Source of the DNA: Myxococcota bacterium
GTDB lineage: Bacteria > Myxococcota_A > UBA796 > CAJQPC01
Length of the DNA stretch: 64,000 bases
NCBI GenBank assembly: GCA_036012755.1
Contig: DASCPX010000027.1
Coordinates: forward strand, 303,510-367,509
Direction: 5' to 3'
In this document: in pieces, positions 57,701-64,000 of the stretch
How the letters are laid out: each line of letters begins with the position of its first letter
How positions within the stretch are numbered: position 1 is the first letter of the stretch
Program-made: the position numbers and the translations under genes
Notes under the pieces: generated by a model
Database searches by the model: none
Told to the model about the DNA's origin: nothing
Seen by the model: only the letters and a program-made list of their open reading frames with translations

Positions 57701-57982
57701 GTGGGCGCGCTGCTGCGCCGAGAGCTCGTCGACGCTGGCCAGGATCAGCCGAGACCCGGCCTGGTCGAACTGCATGGGCGGGAGCTGGTCCTCGCAGCCC
57801 ATCAGGAGCTTGCCCTCGGCCAGCAGGCTCGCGACGCTCGCGCTGGCCTCGCCCTTGGACTCGATCGACCAGGTCTGATCGATCACCAGGGCATCGCCAC
57901 AGCTCGCGGGGACGTGAGCTCGGGCCTGCACCGTCGCCGAGTCATGCGGAGAGCCACAGGCAGCAAGGAACCAGAGCAGCAT
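54710..57982 (-). CDS. Large lipoprotein with GH20/GH67-like N-terminal domain and CBM-like modules
   Basis: MLLWFLAAC; EQGYVI..GILIAGGTRQGLVYG..LQ; YVDDIQLFEV and LDEVAIY CBM-like ends. Confidence 0.65.
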   Translation of the reverse strand: MLLWFLAACGSPHDSATVQARAHVPASCGDALVIDQTWSIESKGEASASVASLLAEGKLLMGCEDQLPPMQFDQAGSRLILASVDELSAQQRAHLENHFEVSLTDIHEQGYVIGWRRDGILIAGGTRQGLVYGAMAWLQSLDHVQTVDGAWAPDPHSEFTARNECSDYDGSCLGDASCWRGGWSPVEAVTWCPETVSDHPAIDVRMGFASFKGTMNAHFVPNIVGVELGTCDQPDETSVFWAATIGCERGVGTCNDVLVRLDTLVSGRFTHALDEGYPVATGSTLQDLTGCGGALLYAELDRYLGDRGVELVPSVFGLETRVGDTPIAGPPLSLEDPYELWGAEGDVTLSEGFSVLPREMQVCALEGRLFLAEDCEDLDAEGHVAAPKAVTPRWDTDKTELPTELWKCDKPLGACQVAGCWSEVRGLRGLALQPDATCANPAIRVPMPIEEPYAGRLYALSFRALVTKTQDLRVKVVVKDSEGITNALDVAPLNTKREDSDYLTAKGDTLSRDAEWVRFSFVYRVPLVDDRVTEAYLQLLGRPGSKLYVDDIQLFEVDAQLPRIDASSVRVFGEEELGGDCITVEAGFEGALSVASYFDAHGAPLGPFGSIEIDPACASEGELVEVSYRTWIHAGLWPGLSVRQSHWTYAPGVYESGWWEHEHGPAGQLKALSDHGVDSDFVGISDLGGEARGFNRASAGYYETSASETLGSFVCGVQEALCDNSGGCAEAPDCSSMLADPLSGDFAPCVCAETVSERRLLVSGDMFTPWHNGGDSEGGIPGRAAYQVPHGGFVGGTSGARDFVPASTVFLSWWHYDVRRVGKDDGGHETLMSFVRDLTGAGLGVIGASAWDPDNARAWAALAAGTGRTHGFDVPGVAHFAWGTDRQGPRVMRQAGHYFWQPGWALVDDWLISKDAALPGGVESWTVSGAALEESDFTWPQTGALLRLGPTTVWDSPTVQLDSEWPKELLVRFHTELPAGCVVNASVLGTSSFSAEVRDVVVDRLDVTTARADVPESETEVAIRLAFEGCTDGTLDEVAIYQAVPGVPFPYRWQEEGLEDWVSPKSADSRYKVCGDGRTWDCKNHHTFRR

Positions 57983-58020
57983 CGATCAGATCCTACCCAG
58001 CCAGCCCTCTTCGGCCGCGT

Positions 58021-59055
58021 TCAGTCCGGTTGCATGCGCGGGGACTCCAGCAGCGCCTCGCTGACGACCTGAGCACAGATCTCGGAGCCGGGCCGCCGGA
58101 AGTGGGTCAGGTCTCCCCAGTTCTCGGGCGAGCTGTCTACGGCGGGGGCCACCTCAGCGAGCTGGATCCGCTCCCGCTTCGCGATGCCCCGCACCAGCTC
58201 GTTGTAGGCATCGAAGGCCTTGACCGACTCCTCGGGCGGCAGCATCAGCAGCTGGGCGAGCTCGTTCATCTCGTGCCCCAGGCTGCCGTCAGAGGCCCGC
58301 ACCACGCGCAGCGGATGGGTGACCAGCAGGGGGTCGGCTCCCAGCTGTCGGGTCAGCCGGATGGCGTCGCGGAGCCCCTGCTCGGCCATGCTGAGGTGCT
58401 GCTCGGGCAGGAAGGTCCCGCCCTGGGTCCAGGCCTGGGGGCGAGAGCCGCGGGCCAGCAGGCGAGGCAGCGCCAGGCGGGTCAGCAGGGGCTGGGGGGG
58501 CAGCTTCGGCGGGCCCTTCTGGAGCTCCTCCTGGACCCGCTGCATCCGCAGGTCGTTGGGCCCATGGTACAGGACGACGAGGTCCGGATCGAAGCGCTCG
58601 CCCCAGGTCTCGAGCTCCTTGATCGAGCCCATCAGCGCGTCCCCGGGGATGCCGGCGTTGAGCACCTCGACCGAGCGCTCGGGCAGCGCAGCCTGCAGCC
58701 GCTGCTCGACAAGGTTGGGCCAGGCCGAGGCGTTGTCCCGGCTGTAGATGTCGAAGGTGGTCGAGCCACCGACGACCCAGACACGCAGGGCCCGCTCGGG
58801 CTTGGGCTCGACCACCTCGTCGTCCCGGAAGCCCCAGGAGTTGATGCGCACGTCCACCAGCAGCCCGGGCAGCTCGACCCCGGGGTTCAGGGTCGGGCGG
58901 CCCAGCTCGATGGTGTACATGCCGCGGGGCTGGCCATCGGGGTAGGGCGCCCCCCAGAGCAGGATCTCCAGGCCCCAGGACGCCGCCTCGATCAGGCCGA
59001 GGAACAGCAGGAGCGCGATGGCGCTGAACAGGAGCCGTTTGCGGCGAGCAGTCAT
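58021..59055 (-). CDS. SGNH/GDSL hydrolase family membrane-anchored protein
   Basis: GGSTT, NAGIPG, YHGPND, DLTH. Confidence 0.88.
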   Translation of the reverse strand: MTARRKRLLFSAIALLLFLGLIEAASWGLEILLWGAPYPDGQPRGMYTIELGRPTLNPGVELPGLLVDVRINSWGFRDDEVVEPKPERALRVWVVGGSTTFDIYSRDNASAWPNLVEQRLQAALPERSVEVLNAGIPGDALMGSIKELETWGERFDPDLVVLYHGPNDLRMQRVQEELQKGPPKLPPQPLLTRLALPRLLARGSRPQAWTQGGTFLPEQHLSMAEQGLRDAIRLTRQLGADPLLVTHPLRVVRASDGSLGHEMNELAQLLMLPPEESVKAFDAYNELVRGIAKRERIQLAEVAPAVDSSPENWGDLTHFRRPGSEICAQVVSEALLESPRMQPD

Positions 59056-59137
59056 GCCGCGTTCTACCGCGGGAGCTCAGCGAGCGTAGAGCTGCTCGGG
59101 CGAAGCCACCCCCAGGCCGGTTGCATTAGACGTTCCA

Positions 59138-60199
59138 ATGCTCCTCCTCATCGCTTGCACCGCACAGCGCGCCGACAGCTCGACTCCGAGCGTCTACGAG
59201 GACGACAGCGTCTGGCTCTGCCACCCGGAAAAGGACGGCGACGTCTGCTCAGAAGACCTGTCGTCCACCGTCGTCGAGGGCGACGGGACCCTCACCCTCG
59301 AGCCCCACGTGCCCTCGGCGGACCCCGCCTTCGACTGCTTCTACCTCTACCCGACCTGCAGCCTCGACCAGGAGGGCAACAGCGACTGGGAGCCCGGCGC
59401 CGAAGAGGCCTTCATGGTGAAGAACCAGGCCGCGCGGCTGTCCGAGGTCTGCCGGGTCTTTGCCCCCGTCTACCGCCAACGGACCATCCGCGCGCTCTTC
59501 GACGACACCCTCGACGGCGACAGGGACATGGCCTTCGGCGACGTCGAGGAGGCCTGGCGTTTCTACCTGGAGCACCACAACGAGGGGCGCGGTGTCGTGC
59601 TCGTGGCCCACTCCCAGGGGGCCTACATGCTCAAGCAGCTCCTGGCCGATGTGATCGAGCCCGAGCACCCCGAGCTCCTCGTCGGCGCCTGGCCGATCGG
59701 AGCGGCGGTCGAGCCCGGTGACTTCGAGACCCCCCTGTGCTCGTCTGCGGACGAGGCGGGCTGCGCCCTGAGCTACCTCAGCTACCGAGTCGAGGAGCCG
59801 CCGGACGACGACTTCATCTTCGCCAAGGTCGGCTCCGACGTCGCATGCCTGAATCCCGCCGGCATCGGCGCGGGCTCCGTAGAGCTCCACGGCTACTACC
59901 CGACTGAAATACCCGACGGGCTCGCAGCGTTCATGCCAGGTGGGTCGAACCCCTGGCAAGAGGAGGGCGAGGACATCGAGACCCCCTTCTACACCCTGCC
60001 TGGACTGGTCACGGCCGAGTGCGCCGCGACCGGCGAGACCGGCTACCTCGCGGTCAGCGTGCATCCGGACCCGGAGGACCCCCGCGCGGACGACATCGAA
60101 GGGGACTTCCTGCCCGGCTGGGGCCTCCACCTCGTCGACGTGAACATCGCGATGGGCGACCTCGTCGACCTCGCCGAGCGCCAGTACGCAGCCTGGTGA
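59138..60199 (+). CDS. DUF3089-like alpha/beta hydrolase lipoprotein
   Basis: WLCHP, DCFYLYPT, FAPVYRQ, AHSQG, WGLHLVDVN. Confidence 0.85.
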   Translation: MLLLIACTAQRADSSTPSVYEDDSVWLCHPEKDGDVCSEDLSSTVVEGDGTLTLEPHVPSADPAFDCFYLYPTCSLDQEGNSDWEPGAEEAFMVKNQAARLSEVCRVFAPVYRQRTIRALFDDTLDGDRDMAFGDVEEAWRFYLEHHNEGRGVVLVAHSQGAYMLKQLLADVIEPEHPELLVGAWPIGAAVEPGDFETPLCSSADEAGCALSYLSYRVEEPPDDDFIFAKVGSDVACLNPAGIGAGSVELHGYYPTEIPDGLAAFMPGGSNPWQEEGEDIETPFYTLPGLVTAECAATGETGYLAVSVHPDPEDPRADDIEGDFLPGWGLHLVDVNIAMGDLVDLAERQYAAW

Positions 60200-61323
60200 G
60201 GCCGATCCTCGCTGGAGTCCTGGTGCTGTCGCTGGCATGCGGAGTGAACCCGGAGCCCGTGGCCGAGCTCAGCGTCGAAGAGCTCAGCCGCTACGTGCGC
60301 AAGGACGCCGACGACCGCGAGGGCTGGGCCACCGACGTGAGGGACGGCTTGAGGCGGGCAGACCGTCCGGTCGACGCCGACCACGCCTGCCAGGTCCTGG
60401 CGATCATCGAGCAGGAGTCCGGCTACGACCCGGATCCCGCCGTGCCGGGGCTCGCCGCCATCGTGGAGGAGGAGCTCGGCGCAGAGGTCGAGGACAAGCT
60501 CGGCTTCCTCGGCCCGACCGCCCTGGAGATGCTGCTCGACGTCACGCCGGAGGGCTCGGACCGCCCCTTCAGGGAGCAGCTGCGAGCTGTGCGCACCGAG
60601 CGGGACGTGGACCTGTTGTTCCGCGACCTGAAGGACCACCACGCGCTGGCCGCGCCCAGGCTCGCCAGCGGCGTCGAGCGCATGGCGCCGCGCATGCTCG
60701 AGCGCCTCAACCCGGTGAGCACCGCCGGCTCCATGCAGGTCAGCGTCGCCTACGCCCAGGAACACCGGGTGAGCCAGGACCTCGACCGGGAGACGGTCCG
60801 CGACCTGCTCTACACCCGCCACGGGGGCGTGCTCTACGGCACCCTGAGGCTCTTCGACCACGAAGCGGACTACGACGAGCCCGTCTACCGCTTCGCCGAC
60901 TTCAACGCGGGCCAGTACGCCTCTCGCAACGCTGCCTTCCAGACCCAGCTCGCGGACCTCACGGGCACGGACCTTGCCCCGGACGGAGACCTGCTGATCT
61001 GGACGGATCGGGGCACCCCCGCGAACGCGGACGGCGAGACCGTGAACGCCCTGTTGGCCTGGCGGGAGGCAGAGGCGCCGGAGCTCAACGAGACCTGGAT
61101 GCGCTGGGAGCTGCGGAGCGAGAAGACGCGCGACTTCGAGTCCACCAGGACGTGGCGGCTCTTGCGCGCCTCGTGGGAGTCCAAGCACGGCCACGAGCCC
61201 GCCTACGCCAGGGTCCCGGATGTCGCGCTGGACTCGCCGAAGCTCTCTGGAAGCTGGACTACGCGCTTCTTCGCTGAGAAGGTGCAGGCACGGTACGAGA
61301 CCTGTCTCGCCCGCGGAGGCTGA
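60196..61323 (+). CDS. DUF1615 (YaiW-like) lipoprotein
   Basis: DREGWATD, AIIEQES, NPVSTAGSMQVS, YRFADFNAGQYASRNAAFQ, SPKL. Confidence 0.85.
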   Translation: MRPILAGVLVLSLACGVNPEPVAELSVEELSRYVRKDADDREGWATDVRDGLRRADRPVDADHACQVLAIIEQESGYDPDPAVPGLAAIVEEELGAEVEDKLGFLGPTALEMLLDVTPEGSDRPFREQLRAVRTERDVDLLFRDLKDHHALAAPRLASGVERMAPRMLERLNPVSTAGSMQVSVAYAQEHRVSQDLDRETVRDLLYTRHGGVLYGTLRLFDHEADYDEPVYRFADFNAGQYASRNAAFQTQLADLTGTDLAPDGDLLIWTDRGTPANADGETVNALLAWREAEAPELNETWMRWELRSEKTRDFESTRTWRLLRASWESKHGHEPAYARVPDVALDSPKLSGSWTTRFFAEKVQARYETCLARGG

Positions 61324-61324
61324 C

Positions 61325-61924
61325 GTGCTCTGGATCCTGTGCTGCATCCCACCGGAGACGCAGCTCCCCGACAACTCCTCGGAGTCCGTCGTCTACGGGG
61401 ACTCGGACAGCTCGGACGCGGACACCGACACCGACGCGGACACCGACTCCGACTCCGACACGGACACGGACACCGACACCGACACCGGACCCGACCTGGA
61501 CCCGGTCGTGGTCTGGGCCGTGCGACACGCAGAGAAGGAGCCCGAAGGCGACGACCCGGGGCTCACCGACGAGGGGGCCGAGCGCGCCCTGGCCCTGGTC
61601 GAGGTCATGGCCGAGATCCCGATCACCGCGGTCTACGCCACGGAGAAGGCCAGGACCCAGGAGACCTGCCAGCCCACCGCTGACGACCACGGGCTCGAGG
61701 TCCGCACCGACATCGACCCCGAAGACGAGCTCGCCGCGCTGGTCGTCACCGACCACGCCGGTGAGACGGTCCTTCACTGCGGCCACAGCTACACCCTGCC
61801 CGACTTCTTCGACGCCATCGGGGCCGACGAGGCGGACGGCGTCTCCGGCTACGGCCAGATCTGGGTCCTCACCGTCGACGACGGCGAGGTGGCGATCGAG
61901 ATGGGCCACTTCGGCGAGGAGTGA
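61325..61924 (+). CDS. Histidine phosphatase (SixA/PGM-like) lipoprotein with DT linker
   Basis: VRHAEK, LTDEG.ERA, RTQET, GHS. Confidence 0.85.
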   Translation: MLWILCCIPPETQLPDNSSESVVYGDSDSSDADTDTDADTDSDSDTDTDTDTDTGPDLDPVVVWAVRHAEKEPEGDDPGLTDEGAERALALVEVMAEIPITAVYATEKARTQETCQPTADDHGLEVRTDIDPEDELAALVVTDHAGETVLHCGHSYTLPDFFDAIGADEADGVSGYGQIWVLTVDDGEVAIEMGHFGEE

Positions 61925-61942
61925 GCGGGATAGAGCGGGCCG

Positions 61943-62551
61943 ATGAAGAAGCTCGCAACGGGTCTCGCCGCGCTGATCGCGATCCTGGCGCTCGGGCTCC
62001 TCGGCTCGGCGGCGATGCAGCCGGACGTCATGAGCTTCGAGCGCCGCAAGACGATGCAGGTCGACGCCGTGGACGTCTTCCCTCACCTCTCCGACCACAG
62101 GCTCGCCGCGGTGTGGAGCCCCTGGTCCGCCAAGGACCCGAGCATGACCCGGGAGTTCTCCGAGCCCTCCGCCGGTCAGGGCGCCTGGTACAGCTGGTCG
62201 GGAAACGACGAGGTCGGCGTCGCCAAGCTCACCAACACGAAGGTCGTCGACAACGAAGAGGTCCAGCAGTCGCTGGTCTTCACCGCACCCTGGCAGAGCG
62301 AGGCCCGCTGTGGCTTCGACGTGAAGCCCGTCGGCGACGCCGTCGAGGTCACCTGGTACTACGAGCAGGACGCCGACTTCGGCACGAAGATGATGATGGT
62401 GACGATGGACCTGGAGGAGGTGCTCGGGCCGGTCTACGAGGAGGGCCTCGACAGCCTCGAGCAGGCCGCCAACGCCTCCAGAGACGAGCGCCTGGAAGCC
62501 GAGAGGGCCGCTGAAGAGGCCGCAGAGCCCGAAGAGGCCGAGGGCCCATGA
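61943..62551 (+). CDS. SRPBCC/polyketide cyclase family protein
   Basis: WSPW..KDP, G.GAWYSWSGN..VG, YEEGL. Confidence 0.85.
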   Translation: MKKLATGLAALIAILALGLLGSAAMQPDVMSFERRKTMQVDAVDVFPHLSDHRLAAVWSPWSAKDPSMTREFSEPSAGQGAWYSWSGNDEVGVAKLTNTKVVDNEEVQQSLVFTAPWQSEARCGFDVKPVGDAVEVTWYYEQDADFGTKMMMVTMDLEEVLGPVYEEGLDSLEQAANASRDERLEAERAAEEAAEPEEAEGP

Positions 62552-63000
62552 AGATCTGGGTCGACGCCGACGCCACGCCGCGTCCGGTGAAGGAGATGCT
62601 CTTCCGCGCTGCGGCGCGAACGGGCATCGAGGTCGTCTTCGTGGCCAACCAGCCCATCTACCTGCCCAAGACCCCCGGGCTCCGGCTCGTCGTGGTGGGC
62701 AAGGGCTTCGACGTCGCCGACGACTACATCGTCGAGCAGGTCGAGGCCGGTGACCTCGTCATCACTCAGGACATCCCGCTCGCCGCCGCCGTGGTCGAGA
62801 AGGGAGCCACCGCCCTGGAGAACCGCGGCGAGGTCATCGACGAGGACAACGCCCAGTCCCGGCTCCAGATGCGCAACTTCATGGAGAGCATGCGCAACGC
62901 GGGCGAGGAGCTCGGCGGTCCGAAGGCCTTCAGCGACCGTGACAAACACCGCTTCGCCGCCGCGTTGGATCGCTGGTTGGCGAGGCGGCAAAAGGCCTAG
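62548..63000 (+). CDS. YaiI/YqxD (UPF0178) family protein
   Basis: IWVDADA, GFDVADDYI, DLVITQDIPLAA. Confidence 0.92.
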   Translation: MKIWVDADATPRPVKEMLFRAAARTGIEVVFVANQPIYLPKTPGLRLVVVGKGFDVADDYIVEQVEAGDLVITQDIPLAAAVVEKGATALENRGEVIDEDNAQSRLQMRNFMESMRNAGEELGGPKAFSDRDKHRFAAALDRWLARRQKA

Positions 63001-63113
63001 ATGACACCGGCAGGAGTAGCTACCGGGCTCGTTGGTCCGCGCGTAAAAACCCCGACCGCGGCGGCGAACACGCGCTTGCGCGTCTCGAGCCCCTGCTGTT
63101 CGCGGCGGGTCAT
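62997..63113 (-). pseudogene. Truncated TetR-like N-terminal remnant (38 aa)
   Basis: MTRREQQGLETRKRVFAAAVGVF then unrelated sequence; ATGA-coupled to the dbpA stop. Confidence 0.5.
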
Positions 63114-64000
63114 CGGCCCGGGCTAACCGAGCGCCCGAGGAGCCGCGCACGGACCCGCTTCTTCTTGATGCGACCTTCTCGAGCCCAGGCCAACGCGCTC
63201 TCCGCGTGGTCCAGTCGGACGGCCACCGCGATGGTCGCCCGGTTCACGTCGATCCGGCCCAGGGCGTCGGCGGGCACGCGGGCGTCCTGGATGAGCGCCC
63301 CGAGCACGTCGCCCTTGCGGAGCTTGTCCTGGCGTCCGGCGAGCAGCAGCAGCGTCCGGTGGGTCGGCCGGAGGAAACCCAGCGCGCCGCCCGTTGGGGT
63401 CTCGGCCCGCTCGAGCTTTGTCCCGGTGGCCTGCTCGATGCGATGGAGGCGGTTCAGCTCGCCGGGTCCCTCGACCAGACAGGCGGCCACCCCTTCGGCA
63501 CCGGCGCGGGCGGTGCGGCCGACCCGGTGGACATGGGCGTCGACGTCGCGGGACAGCTCGGCGATGAGCACCAGCGGCAGCTCCGGGATGTCCAGGCCGC
63601 GAGCGGCGACGTTGGTCGCGACCAACACCGTGGCGCTGCCGTTCGCGAACTGCACCAGAGCGTCGTCCCGATCCCTCTGCTCGAGGTCCCCGTGCAGGGC
63701 GAGGGCGTGGGCTCCTCGACCGCTCAGGAAGCGGGCCAGGCCGTCGCAGTCCCGCTTCGTTTCGCAGAAGACGAGGGCACGCGAGGGGCGGTGCAGGGCC
63801 AGGACCGCCGCGGCCAAGGCGTTGCGGCCTCCTCGCTCACAGCGGTAGGCGAGCTGACGGAGGGTCTCGACCCGCTCGTCGCAGAGGACCTCGACCGCGT
63901 CGGTCTGGATGGAGCGGGCGAGCTTGCGGACGGGCTCGGGCATCGTCGCCGAGAAGAGCAGCGTGCGGCGAGGTGGGCAGCTCTCGACGATGGCGCAGAC
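63110..64000 (-). CDS. dbpA: DEAD-box RNA helicase DbpA (5' end outside the window)
   Basis: LFSATMP, LHGDLEQRDRD, ATNVAARGLDI, HRVGRTARAG, C-terminal KLRKGDVLGAL DbpA RNA-binding domain. Confidence 0.92.
   Translation of the reverse strand, partial: VCAIVESCPPRRTLLFSATMPEPVRKLARSIQTDAVEVLCDERVETLRQLAYRCERGGRNALAAAVLALHRPSRALVFCETKRDCDGLARFLSGRGAHALALHGDLEQRDRDDALVQFANGSATVLVATNVAARGLDIPELPLVLIAELSRDVDAHVHRVGRTARAGAEGVAACLVEGPGELNRLHRIEQATGTKLERAETPTGGALGFLRPTHRTLLLLAGRQDKLRKGDVLGALIQDARVPADALGRIDVNRATIAVAVRLDHAESALAWAREGRIKKKRVRARLLGRSVSPGR

Noticed and set aside
63000..63114. Structured ncRNA (long imperfect hairpin; gggctcg/cgagccc, gatgac/gtcatc)
   Set aside because: No SRP, 6S or riboswitch consensus recognised; such pairing is easy at this GC content and the minus strand reads as a TetR remnant, though a terminator role is not excluded

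Overview
Very GC-rich bacterial chromosome segment. It is probably Myxococcota-like, an inference from the MYXO-CTERM-like tail, giant TPR protein and many acidic-linker lipoproteins. 1-32.4 kb is mostly housekeeping: coaX, relA/spoT, gmk, yicC, an LPS glycosyltransferase operon ending in an orphan N6-adenine methyltransferase, an ECF sigma/anti-sigma module, alr-mlaEFD, thrABC and tRNA-Thr(CGT). Downstream of the tRNA is an integration-hotspot structure with two interleaved direct repeats (139 bp and 67 bp) and no integrase. 41.5-51.8 kb holds the most interesting system: a translationally coupled cluster of six multiheme c-type cytochromes (39 CxxCH plus 1 CX3CH) around a predicted outer-membrane beta-barrel, resembling a porin-cytochrome electron conduit. 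The cluster includes a hidden selenoprotein (thioredoxin-fold UxxC lipoprotein, in-frame UGA followed by a SECIS-like hairpin) that the ORF track splits in two. Window-wide oddities are ultra-short lipoprotein signal peptides with no charged n-region, apparently leaderless genes, and several probable non-AUG (CTG/ATA) starts. All product calls are motif-based readings by eye; no database search was run.
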